From Eledone cirrhosa (Eukaryota), in assembly GCA_964016885.1 (NCBI GenBank), contig OZ024740.1:141422001-141486000 (forward strand): a stretch of DNA of 64,000 nt, in the 5' to 3' direction. The translations under genes were made by a program, and so were the position numbers. A model generated the notes under the pieces. That model saw only the letters and a list, made by a program, of their open reading frames with translations. It ran no database searches and was not told where the DNA came from. This document shows, piece by piece, positions 38,853-51,650 of this stretch. How positions within the stretch are numbered: the stretch's first letter is position 1; each line of letters starts with the position of its first letter.

Positions 38853-40411
38853 ATTTAATCCGAGTTCAGATTTGTTTCATTTATGAAAACATCACAAATT
38901 TACTGATAGATTTCCATTTCTTGGTTTCAATATTTTTCATTGTGAAAAACAAAATATTTGATTTGTTGAGAGTAATTACAGAAAGATGTGGCACATGTAG
39001 GTATAATAGGCCAAGGAAGACTTGGACAACAGTTACTGACCCTTACGTAACTGCATTCTGATGAAATACACTTCATTATAATTAATTACTGAAGAATTTT
39101 GAGGGATTTACTAAAATTGTTAAATATTTCATTAGTAAGATAGTAACTTAACATATAGTTATTATATAAAATTATATTGGAAGATTTTAATACAAATAGA
39201 AATCATTTAAAATTGGTGATTTCTTTCATAGAACCAGAGCTGGTTTTTGCCCAGTTGGTAAGAAGATCTGAAAGTATGCTGAACTTCACAAAAGAAATGA
39301 CAAAGGAAACACACAAATGGATGAATGCTGTGCTGGAACAAACTCATCAAACCCATGCAAGTATGGAAAAACAGACATCAAAATAATGATGATGATGATG
39401 AATAAGTGTGGTTAAAGATTTGGCTTCCCAATCACATGGTTTCAGGTTCACACACACAGTGCACCTTGAGCAACTGACTTCTTCTAAAGCCTTGGGTTGA
39501 CAAATGCCTTGTGCATGAAATTTGGGAGATGGAAACTGAATGTGTTTACATCTGTGTCTTTGATTATGTTTTGTAAATTAGTGGCTCAATAAAGAGATCA
39601 TTAAACTAAGTACCAGACTTGAAAAAAATAAGTACAGTAATCAATTTGAAAACCCAAATCCTTTCAAGGCAGTGTCCTAGCATGGCCACTGTCTAATTAC
39701 TGAAACTAGTGAAAAAGTAATTACTGTAAAAACATGGATAGGAATTTAAAGACAATCAGGAATGTGTGTAATAATAAGAACTCTCTTATTCTTTTTGTTA
39801 CCACATTTAAAATGAAAAACATTGCCAATGATTTTTAAATAATTTTGAAATTAATCAAGAATCTGGAGTGATTTAGTAAGATAACTAATTTTTCTTATTA
39901 ATATGGTGTTTATCCATTGGATTGACCTACGCAGTATATATGTTTCAGATTTTCGTTAGTGTGTCAGACAAATGCTTAGCATATTTGTTTCAGATTTTCA
40001 CTTTCTGGGTTCAAATCCTGCAGAAGTCAGCTATGTTTTTCATCCTTTTAGGGTTGATAAAATAGAGTACCAGTCATGTACTGGGGTAATTGTGATTGAC
40101 TTTCCCCTCCCCAAAATTACTGGATTTGTGCCTAAATTAGAAATCATTGTTTGGAACATAAATTAGAAATCAGTGTTTGGAACATAACTTGAGATGTTTT
40201 CAGATAAATATAACACTTTAAAACAAACAGTTTTATATAGAAGAACCAAGGAGCAATTTCGGGTTTGGTAAAATGCCAAACAACCATTCTGGTAGTAATA
40301 ATTTAATATCAATAACCAACAAACAATCTTAAATATTTCCACACAAAGAATTGGCTAACTACTAATTATTTGTTCATTCCATGCAATGGTCAAATAATTA
40401 AGCTTTTTGAT

Positions 40412-40453
<42 letters not shown>

Positions 40454-40507
40454 ATGTGTTAGAAAAAACATACAAGGCTTGATTAGAAACAACTTATTTA
40501 ATTAAAA

Positions 40508-40618
40508 ATGTTTACATGTGTTTCATTGTTGAGTTGTGTCATTGTCTGTGGGGTTGTTAGGAGATACTGAAATTTCTGATTATCATAGACCTTTTACATC
40601 AATAATTCCTCAGAAAAT
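40508..40618 (-). ncRNA. Type I hammerhead motif, slightly degenerate, with long loop II
   Basis: Minus strand reads atttt-CTGAGGA-ATTATTGA...TCAACAAT-GAAAC-ACAT-GTA-aacat. Confidence 0.55.
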
Positions 40619-41044
40619 GGATAATTCTGAGATATTTTGATAGAAATGAGAGTAATGAGGGAGGGGTGTTAAGTTTACCAAGGGTATTCAACAGTCTCTG
40701 GTTCTACTTAAATGGTACTTGCCATTGGTTGAGGTGTAATTATCTGTAGACTAAATGAGATAGTGTCAGCTATGGGAGTGGTTAAAAGAAATAGATAGGT
40801 AATAAATGTATTAGGTGTTAGTCATATCAACTGGACCATTATAGATAAGTGTGTGTCAAGGGTAGGAGAATTTACAGGCAATAAATTGTGTTAGAGTTGC
40901 CATTGCCAGTTGGACAGTTGTAGATAAGGGTGATGTTGAGAACAAATATTTGGCGTCACCAGTCTATGTAATCAAATTTGCTAATTGATAAAGGTTGGGA
41001 TGGGTGTAGATTTATAGGTTCTAATCCTGGGTTAGCTAGGGTTA

Positions 41045-41480
41045 TAATTAGAAAATGTTTTTAACTAGTTGTATTTACAGTTGAATATCCTATCATGTTT
41101 TGAATTCAGTAATTTCTTTCCAGTTAAGATTTCTAGTACTTCCATCGCACAAAGATTACAGTCCCTTTTTCAGGTCGGTAAGAGTGGACAAATCATAGAA
41201 TGGACCACAATAAATAATACTTCATTTTATCCTTTTTTAGTTTCCATTTTTTCCTAGCTAGAGAGGTAAAAGTTCAGAGTTCCAGATTTTTAAATGAATA
41301 GGTATGTACATCACCTTTTCTTAAAAAAGTTGGATGTGGACCCCACATATTTGAAAATGTCATGGTTCGTTGTAACTTCACACTGGTACACTATGTTGTT
41401 GCTCATGCATTTACCCGATAGGGTGGTCTGGTTTTTAACAGTTACAACGTATCAGTGCTTGTTGATTAAAATCTGATTTT
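41045..41480 (-). pseudogene. Penelope-like GIY-YIG remnant
   Basis: Minus-strand translation includes RDCNLCAMEVLEILTGKKLLNSKHDRIFNCKY, the CxLC..E...LN.....C C-terminal pattern. Confidence 0.65.
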
Positions 41481-42358
41481 TCTTTAAGGGTAGACAATTT
41501 AACAAGCTTAGATAGGATTTAACAGGCTTAAATGAGGTTGGTGTTAGGAATGGCATCCAGCTGTAGGAACCAAGCCAACACAGCATTGCCCACAAGACAC
41601 CTCGAATAACCCATGCTAGTATGGAAAATGGGCGTAAAACGGTGATGTTGATGATGAATATATATATCCATATATACATTAGCTTAAATCTATACATATA
41701 TAATGTATATTGATTAAGTTACTCAACAAAGGAAGCTCAATGAACATTAAGCTCAGAGCATAATTTATACAAATTTAAATGATATACGAAAAAGTCTTCA
41801 TATTTTCAGATATCTAGTTAACAACTAGTATCATGTACATACATATAATGATAAATAATAAATGTACTCACACATAGAAAGAATCAAGCCAAGATTGTCT
41901 GAAGTTCACTTACATGGCCGTTTCATGATAAATTCCAATATATGGTGCCTATGATCGATCTAATGATTGGGCTCAGTCACCAATCACTGATCTTAGTAAC
42001 AAGCATCAAGACCAGGTAAGTGGTTAAGGTATTACTATATATATATCACTCTGTACATTAACTAATCTACTGCCTAAGGAAGACTATCAAATAAAACCAA
42101 TAATATTAAATCCATACATATAAAATATATTTTAATTAAGTTAATCAACAAGAAAAGCTCAATGAACTCTGAGTTTAATATTCATCAAGAAAGTTCCCCA
42201 GAGAGGTAACAAGGACTTAGCAGGACTAATATCAACAACGGCTTATTGTAAAGAATTGAATTATTAAAGAACATCAACAACCAGTGAAGTCATTCTTCCT
42301 CTTCATGTATAGGTAGTCAATCTTTCAGATTTTTACGATGCACTGAGAAGATCAAGTT

Positions 42359-42920
42359 TTAACTATATACTCTACTGAATGTCTTATTTATTTTGTGTAA
42401 ACAAGTATTAAAGGTTTCAGAGCGTTTATTAATAATTTTGTGCCTACTATTTATGATGTGTAAAGTCTCTGTAGTACAGAGGTCACACCCCCGAGGTATA
42501 GATCCATTGATATAGAGAAAAGCATGTGAAAGTTTTGACCAAGAAAGGGAGTATTCGACTTGTTTAGTTTTTAGCGACCAAATCAGTTCCGACAGGGCTG
42601 TGCTAGATCTTTTATCAGCTCTTTTAAATGAGTGGCGATGGTTGTACCACCTTTCCTTAAATCTAGTAGAAGTTACGCCAATATATCTATAAGTCATTGT
42701 TACTTTACATTCGTAAACAATATTTTTTTCGAAACAATTATTTTTCATTGGACAACTGTTATGATCTCTACAATTGCAATTATTTACGTTACCATTCATT
42801 GTTCCCTCCCTGTGTCTGAGTGTCCGTTGTTTGTCTTATTTGTGTTAATGGTGTTATCCCTGTTATTCGAGTTGCTGTTTAATCTATCAGCATTTCTATG
42901 CTTTCTATTATGATATCTAA
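42359..42920 (-). mobile_element. Penelope-like element 3' fragment with an open GIY-YIG endonuclease domain
   Basis: CNCR..CPM..NC..KNIVYEC..YIGVTSTRFKERWYNHRHSF...STALSELIW...CDLCTTE...INKRSE...CLH. Confidence 0.9.
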
Positions 42921-43274
42921 AATTGAAATTAATATCTAATCCAGAAATAAAGATATATAGGAATATATATATAAAAAAAAACAGTTCCTACATGCCTTAC
43001 TACGAATCAAGTGACAAATCTGGTAACTTGATACCCTAGCCAGTTTACAATTGACAATGCCAATGGGAACAACTATCTCCCGCACATATAAAACTGCTAC
43101 TAAATAAATTCAGACATATGCATATTGGTCGGCAAAGTGAATAACACGTTTGACCGGTAACATATCAATGGAACTTTACATCTCATTTGGATATTTGTTT
43201 GAAGAGAACATGTAGGGCAGTTATTATACAACTGACTTATGTGTATGAAATACATATAATGAATAAAATAGGGG

Positions 43275-43628
43275 ACCTCTGGCGTCACGCAGTAATACAG
43301 AGTACCCGACCTCCCATGGGTACAAGCTGAAGCATATAGACAATATGCCCCCACACTGCAAGGTGGTCGTGGAGGTGCCACGGCAAAAAAGCACCCAGCC
43401 CACACTGTAAAGTGGACGTGTAGGCGCCACGAAAAAGCACCCAGCACTCACTGTAAATGAGGTTGGTGTTAGGAAGGGCATCCAGCTGTAGAAATCAAGC
43501 CAAATCAGTTCCTGTATGAGCAAGGCATGGTCAGCCGACCAGACACTGCCCACAACAGGACAACCCGTCTAACCCATGCTAGCGTGGAAGAACGGACGTA
43601 AAACGGTGATGATGATGATGATGATGAT
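43275..43628 (+). mobile_element. RTE subfamily B 3' end fragment
   Basis: Nearly identical to 23158-23516. Confidence 0.9.
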
Positions 43629-43657
43629 GTACGAATAAAACCGTTTTTCTTGTTATA

Positions 43658-44004
43658 TCATCATTATCATCATCATTTCATTTTACGTCCGCTTTTTCCC
43701 TGCTTGCAAGGGTGGGACGGGAACTGATTCTGGCTTGATTTCTACAGCTGGATGCCCTTCCTAACACCAACCTCATTTACAGTGAGTGCTGGGTGCTTTT
43801 TTGACGTGGCACCTGCACAACCACTTTGTAGTGGAATGATATAGACCCCGGTCCCTATCATCTCATTTCTACAGCTGAGTAAACTGGAGCAATGTGAAAT
43901 AAAGTGTCTTGCTCAAGGAAACAACACATCACCCGGTCTGAGAATTGAACTCACAACCTTTCGATTGCAAGGCCAATGCTCTAACCACTAAGCTACGTGC
44001 CTCC
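43658..44004 (-). mobile_element. Full-length tRNA/CORE-like SINE with RTE-derived tail
   Basis: A box TAGCTTAGTGG, B box GAGTTCAATTC, CORE-like ccttgagcaagacacttt, and a tail identical in form to the RTE termini plus (GAT)n. Confidence 0.9.
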
Positions 44005-44783
44005 AATCATATATATATATGATTGTTGGATGGTAGTGTAATAGGCATACAAATTAAAACAAATATCTAATGGTGTGACAAAGAATGTATTAGAGTCATA
44101 TATATTATATAAATCTTGGTTCACCAATATTCAAGTTTGAGCAATGTCACCAGCAAGATGATTAGCTGGTGAAACTCGAATATCAACTAGCTACATACAT
44201 ACACATGTCAGCCGACCTAACATTGCCCACAACAGGACAACCCATCTAACCCATGCTAGCGTAGAAGAATCGATGTAAAACGGTGATGATGATGATGATA
44301 GTATGATGTAAAGGGGTTGGTGGAAGGGAGAGCATCTAACCCTAGAAACCATACCAAAAATGGAATGTATGAGTGAGATGTAATCCCCCAATAGGACTAA
44401 CTCCATTGTCTCTAAAGACATATGAATGTCATACACAGAGAGACAGACAGACATTCTCTGCTGAATTTACAGGCTCCTTTTTATAGGCTGTGATATAGTG
44501 TTTCCTTGGGTTAACTCATCTTTCATTTACAGCCACTTTTTTCTTTGTTGATATCTTTCATGCTTTATATTAAACTCTTTCTCTCACTTCACCAGTCACC
44601 GTAATATATTACTGGTATTTATTTGATCGAGGTTAAAATACTGAAAAACAAAAACAAAAAAAAACCACCAAGATGGAGAATGGAAAATATATAAAAACCA
44701 AGGGATGTAACTATGAATGCTTAATCACGACACAATTCAGAATATTTTATAAGTGTATCAATGATGCATTAATTAAATATCCC

Positions 44784-44814
<31 letters not shown>

Positions 44815-45169
44815 AACACACACACACATATATATATATAAATTAAATAAAAATGAATGTATATTGGTGTATTGCCAACTATAATACATTAAATGAAACA
44901 AACTGTTGCAGGCTCCAACTAAAAAAAAGGGAGGTAACTGCAGGTATCCTCGAATGAGGCTTGCAAAAAAAAAAAAATAACAATTGTGGATTGTATAATA
45001 ATGATGTGCATGTAGTTTAAAATTAGATGAGTATTTGATATATAACCTTTGGAAGATGGAAAATATATCCTTCACCCTTTCGTTACCAGATTTTTAATGA
45101 TAGATACCGGCTATTACTTTTAAATTATTCTGAAATGATCAAGAATTTTGAGGGATTTAGTAATATAAC

Positions 45170-46316
45170 TATTGTATATACTCCAATATAAGCCAAAGAA
45201 TATGTGACCAAAAAATCGATGGTAAAATGGAGGGTCGAGTTTTATTCAGGGTCAATATTTTTCCAATTTTCTCCAACTTCAAATTCTATGTAAATAAAGT
45301 GCTAAAATATCTGGAATGATTATTTCACAATGAAACACTGTTTTTCTACATTTACTATATTGTCATAAGTTTTATTTATGCATTGATGGAGGCACATGGC
45401 TTAGTGGTTAGAGCAATCGAAAGGTTGTGAGTTCAATTCTCAGACCGGGTGATGTGTTGTTTCCTTGAGCAAGACACTTTATTTTACATTGCTCCAGTTT
45501 ACTCAGCTGTAGAAATGAGATGATAGGGACTGGGGTCCATATCATTCCACTGCAAAAGTGGTCGTGGAGGTGCCACGGCAAAAAAGCACCCAGCACTCAC
45601 TGTAAATGAGGTTGGTGTTAGGAAGGGCATCCAGCTGTAGAAATCAAGCCAGAATCAGTTCCCGTCCCACCCTTGCAAGCAGGGAAAAGTGAACGTAAAA
45701 TGATGATGATTGCCCTGAGAAAAAATTTTTATTTGAACTTTTTAATACATAAATATCCCCTACACATATATGCATGCACAAGCATATACATACACACACA
45801 CACATGTGCGCCGACTGTTTTTCTCTGTGATTTAATTATACTTTTTCTTTCTATCTTGTTTTGTTTTATTTTGCTTGCTCCCTCTCTCCCTTCTCTCACT
45901 CTCTCTTTTTCTTGCTCTGCCTCTCCTCTCCTTCGTTTGCTGTCTCTTCCACTGAATCCTTATACAGTGTTCTCTTAGTTGATTTCTTTCAACAATTCCC
46001 CATTCATTTCCATCTCCCGCTAGCGTTTTTAATGATTTCCATAACAGTTAATGAAAATCTTTACCTTAAACTAAAAAATATATCTTGATTTCATAGTGGA
46101 TTTATGAAACAAAAACTATACTCTAAACAACACTTGAAACATTTTAAATCTCAAATTATTAAAACTTTCTAAATATTTTATCCTCATGAGAATTTCAAAA
46201 CCACAGCATAATGTGTTGATTAGGTACCTCAGCTTATAAACAGAGTTTGGATTTTTGCCCATTTATCAGACATAAAATAGGTGGGGAGGTTGGCTTATTT
46301 TCTAGTATATATGGTA
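45170..46316. mobile_element. pogo/Tigger-like non-autonomous DNA transposon
   Basis: Imperfect TIRs TA-ttgtatatactccaatataagccaa / ttggcttattttctagtatatatgg-TA. A related right end is at about 3380-3506. Confidence 0.65.
45387..45710 (+). mobile_element. Same SINE family as 43658-44004, with a short deletion in the tRNA head
   Basis: Near-identical reverse complement of 43658-44004. Confidence 0.9.
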
Positions 46317-47875
46317 ATTTTCTCATTATTAAACTGGTGTTTGAAATATAACATAAAACTATGATGCAATGTTTTTAGATAAATGTAAACACTTTAAAAT
46401 AGACAGGAACAGTTTCAGGCAATTTGATGTCAAAAGGCCTAAAAATGATACCAATATTTACAGATGTAAGGGTGGCTGGCGGTTTGGTAGAATTAATAGA
46501 GCATTGGATAAAATGCCATTGCAGTATTTGTTCTGGCTCTTTATATTCTGAATTCAAATTCTCTCGAGGTTAACTTAGCCATTCATCCTATGGATGTCTA
46601 ACCTCTATCAGCATGGAAAATAGATAAAATGAAACCATGGGCCTGGTTATGCCTGCAGTACAGTTTGCTGCTCCCTGTTGCTCTTAGAAACACAATGAAC
46701 TAGTGATTGGCCCATCTCAAACTTGTAGCCAACAATGCCATCGTTCACCAAATTCAATATGAAATAAATAAACATAATGCATCTAGCACATAATAAAATG
46801 CACCACATACACTGCAAGTAGTAGTGCTGGTGTCATGATAAAATGCACCAAGTACACAGTAAGTGGTAGTGCTGCTGTTATAAAATGCACCCACTTGATT
46901 CAGTAAAGATTAAGCTGGTGCCATAATTGTTTCAAATTTAGGCACAGAACCAGTAGTTTTAGTGCGAGGTGAAATTCAATTACATTGACCCCAGTACTTA
47001 ACTGGTACTTTATTTTATTGATCCTGGAAGAATGAAAGGCAAAGTTGACCTTGGTGCAATTTGAAACAAGAATGTAGAGGGCCATAACAAAAACTGGAAT
47101 ACATTTCACCCAATGCACTAACAATTCTACCAATCCACTGCCCTTTCTAGTGCTATAATTAAATGTACTTAGTACACTCTGTAAAGTGGTAGAGCTAGTG
47201 ATATGATGAAATATATTCTGTAAAGTGTTGGTGTCATGATAAAACACACTCAGTAAACTGGCAATGGGTTTGTATCTCTAAGCTACAAGCCTGGGCAGGA
47301 TCTTTTGTAGACAACCAGCAGTCACCCATGCATGCCAGTTCCCCTTCTCTAGACCACCAAAGTTGTTTAAGGTGAAGGTAATGAATGATGCAGATTGGCA
47401 CAAGTGTTGTCGCAACTCATTTTTTCCAGCTGAGTGGACTGGAGCAAAATTAAATAAAATGTCTTGTTCAATGTCACAATGCACTGCTTGGTCTGGGAAT
47501 CAAACTCAGCACTCTAACCACTAAGCTACACACCTTTTACTTAGTATTGAAAATATTGTATAGGATTTCCAGGGGATGTTGTCTCCAGTAATATACACTG
47601 GTTGCTATTGTAGCTTAACCCTAAGTGAGCTTTGATCAAGTAGACTTATGATAAAGGCATTCTAGTTATGATCATACCATCTTTTATTTCAGACATTGCC
47701 TACTTAGGATTACATTATCATATATGTCCTTTCCTGTTTTAAATATTGTGGGGTGTTATTTGAGGGTGATTTGGCTGCTATTTCTAGTAGGTCATGCAAC
47801 CACATAGAGATTTGGAGTTCTATATTGGATGTTGCCTGTTTTAACGTTGCACTGTATTATGAGTATTGCTTTTAT

Positions 47876-48780
47876 CATTAATCATCTACTTTTGTGGGGA
47901 ATCCTGTACATTATAAATTTGTTTTCCACTAATATTTTCCTATCTAATTTTGTTTTATGCTGTGTAGTGTAGTACATTGCAATTGCTCCTTGTAAGTGTA
48001 TGGTGATCCAGTGAGGAAAGTGTCATGCTTGTATGCTCAAATATTACAGAATCATGAAGTTTACAACCATTAAATTTGCAATCAGATCTATAAATCACAT
48101 TAGCTGTTAGTATCTTCTTCCCAGGTTTACACACTTGTGTTTTTTATTGATAAGGTTTTTATTTTAACTGCTTCTGCAATACATCATTAGTGCTAGTTTA
48201 TGATTCAGTATAATACATTTTGTGTTATGTTTCATGAGGTTTTCGATGTATTCATCTAATCTATAGTTAGTATGTATTTCATTTACATGTAGTTCGTGTA
48301 TTTTAAATAGGTGTGATATCTGATGTATTTGTTGTGGTGTATTTTCTCTTGTGTCATTTTATTGCTCAATCTAGTAGTTTTGTCAGAAAACCTTTTGTTG
48401 ACTGGTGTTTGCTTTTATTGTCGCCATAATCATCACCATCACTACCACCACTATTATCATCAGTTTTTATGTTTATTTTTCCATGTTTTCTTTATCTTTA
48501 TCCAGTATTTTATTTAAGGAGGGAATCTAAATGCTCTTCTAAGAAGAGGATTTTATGACTGACATGCTGTATCTGTGTTTAATTACCTCTGTGTAAGTCT
48601 ATGCATTTAGTTATGTGCTTGGTGTAAATGGATATTATGTATCTATTATTTTCTATTTGAATGTTTAGGTTTTGAAATGGAGTCATTGTATTGTTAGGAG
48701 CTTATTTGCACTGTTCTAGATGTTAGAATTTTATTACAAAGTTATTTTCTAGGCATCACTTTAATTTCTAAATATTTAGT
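47876..48780 (-). pseudogene. Penelope-like remnant, same family as 5060-5460
   Basis: Inverted homology to 5060-5460 over about 400 bp; the upper boundary is approximate. Confidence 0.5.
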
Positions 48781-49713
48781 GTGTCTGTTACAAAAATTGG
48801 TAGAATTGCCTTATATTTTCAGTTCAGACCCTGCTGAGGGCAATGTTGCCTTTTATCCTTCCTGGGTTGATAAAATATAATACCAGTCATATATGTGATA
48901 TATAAAACTCACTATTCCCTTCACCCAAATTTCCAGTCTTGTGCCTATGTTAGAAATTACTACAATGAGTATATTGAAATAAGAAATGAAATTTACAGCT
49001 CCCACTTATGCTGGTTTAAGTGACTTCCTATGAGGATGCCTCTCACAAGAAGTTTCTTGGGTTTTTTAATGATAGGGGCTCCAGTCCTATCATGAAAAGG
49101 AACATGAAATGAAATTGCTCAAGAACACAAGGTGCTGATCTTATGATCATGAGACTAACACCTCAACCACTAGGCTACACACCTTTATCCAGATGAGTAT
49201 ACTGTCCACATACCAGATGTATATTTTATGTTTACCCTTTTACCACAATGTTTTCTGTTGTTACCATATAGTACACTGCAAACAGGAACCTTAAGGGAGA
49301 CCATATATTTACTTATATAATTTGCATTGTAAACAGCAAACCAGAAATGATAATAAATATACTACCAAAACACTAAAATAAAAAATAAAAAGTTGTTATG
49401 AATATCAAACTACTACTACATAAAACCTGCAAACAAGCTATTAATAACTAATGTGATTTATAAATTTGATTGTGAAAATGTAAGTTGTAAACTTCATGAT
49501 TTCAACTGTTACATTGACAACATTGACTATACAGCTCACTATGCATTTAGAACAAGGAACAATTGGATTACACTATCCCCACAGAAAAACAGACACACAA
49601 AAACCACAGGTTGGAAAACATTAGTGGACAATACATTCATACTCTAAAAAATAGTAGCAATCAAGGAGATGAAGAATGGTAAAGCTGCAAGATTGCCAGA
49701 GATAGTCGCTGAG

Positions 49714-51650
49714 ATCATCGTTAACTGCTATAAGGGAAAAGGAGATGCCCTAGATAGGAGTAACTATAGAGGCATTAAATTAATCGACCAGGTCATGAAG
49801 GTCACGGAAAAAGTAATAGCGCAACTAATCAGAGAGAGAATTGATCTAGATGAAATGCAGTTCGGGTTTGTGTCAGGCAAAAGTACCACAGACGCTCTTT
49901 TCATTGTACGACAACTACAGGAGAAGTACCTAGCTAAAAGTAAACCCCTATACTTAGCTTTCGTCGACTTGGAGAAAGCCTTCGACAGAGTCCCCCGTTC
50001 CATTATCTGGTGGTCTCTTAGAAAACTAGGTGTTGACGAATGGCTTGTGAGAGCTATACAAGCCATGTATAAAGAAACAGTCAGTAAGGTTAGAATTAAC
50101 AACGAATATAGTGAAGATTTTAGCGTAAAAGTTGGTGTCCATCAGGGTTCTGTTCTTAGCCCCCTACTATTTATTATTGCCCTTCAGGCTATAACAGAGG
50201 AGTTCAAGACCGGCTGCCCATGGGAACTCCTATACGCAGATGATCTAACGCTCATAGCTGAATCAATGACCGAACTAGAGAAGAAATTCCAAACATGGTA
50301 GCACGGCCTAGAATCAAAAGGCCTTAAAATTAACCTGGCTAAGACTAAAGTTCTAGTTTGTAGGAAAGAAAATAAGGCGGCGGTCCCATCTGGGAAATGG
50401 CCATGCTCAGTGTGTAGGAAAGGCGTAGGTAGAAACTCCATTTTATGTCCCAAATGCAAAGTATGGGTGCATAAAAGATGTAGTGGGATCACAGGTAAGC
50501 TAACTAAGAACATAGATTTTACATGTGGCCGGTGCTCTGGTGCAATAAGTAGCAGCAAGTGCCCACAAAATACTAGCTCCTTCAACTGCGCAGAGGGTTC
50601 TATAGAAATAGTGGACAGCTTCCGTTATCTGGGTGACAAAATCAGCAGTGGGGGAGGGTGCTCTGAAAGTACAGTAGCTAGAGTCAGAACTGGATGGAAA
50701 AAGTTCAGAGAGCTTATACCACTATTAGCCACTAGAGGGTTCTCCCTAAAAATGAAAGGCAGGTTATACGATGCCTGCATACGAACAGCAATGCTGCATG
50801 GCAGTGAGACCTGGGCATTGTGTGCAGAGGATATACGCAGACTAGAGAGGAACGAAGCTTGCATGCTCCGCTGGATGTGCAATAGTAATATACGTGAACG
50901 GCAAAGCATAAACGAACTAAGGAAAAAATTAGAAATAAGAGGGATCAGATGTTGTTTACTCGAGAGAAGGCTACGTTGGTACGGTCACGTGATGCGCATG
51001 AAAGACGACAGCTGTATAACAAAGTGCAGGGCAATAAAGATAGACGGTAGCCACGGAGTAGGCAGACCCAGAAAAACATGGGACGAGCTGATAAATTCCG
51101 ACCTCACACGCTTACACCTCTCCAAGACAATGTCACTGGACCGAGACCTTTGGCGGTACTCAGTAATAGAGAAGACCCGCCTTACCTAAATACAAAGTCC
51201 CACCACCTCCACCCCACCCACACCGCCCCTTTCAATGTAAAGTTATGTTGGTCCCACAACATCCAGGCCGAAACAAATGAGATCGTGTAGGTGTCACGAC
51301 AAAAAAACACACAGTCCACGCTGTAATGTGGCCGTGTAGGCAACACGGTAAAAACCTCCCAGCCCCACACTGTAAATGTGGTTGGTGTTAGGAAGGGCAT
51401 CCAGCTGTAGAAAACTCGCCAGACAGTCCACGCTGTAATGTGGCCGTGTAGGCAACACGGTAAAAACCTCCCAGCCCCACACTGTAAATGTGGTTGGTGT
51501 TAGGAAGGGCATCCAACTGTAGAAAACCCGCCAGACAGTCCTATGCGAGCAAGACAACCACTCTTGCCTCAAGTGGGAAAACCCCCGTCCAAACCCATGC
51601 AAGCGTGGAACACAGACGCTAAACCTGATGATGATGATGATGATGATGAT
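49714..51650 (+). mobile_element. RTE LINE subfamily A copy 3; premature stop at 50299-50301, 112-bp duplication in the 3' UTR
   Basis: Highly similar to 1112-2987; AAG>TAG nonsense change; (GAT)n tail. Confidence 0.95.

Noticed and set aside
43930-44004. tRNA gene
   Set aside because: The A and B boxes run directly into a SINE body and LINE-type tail, and there is no convincing acceptor stem.
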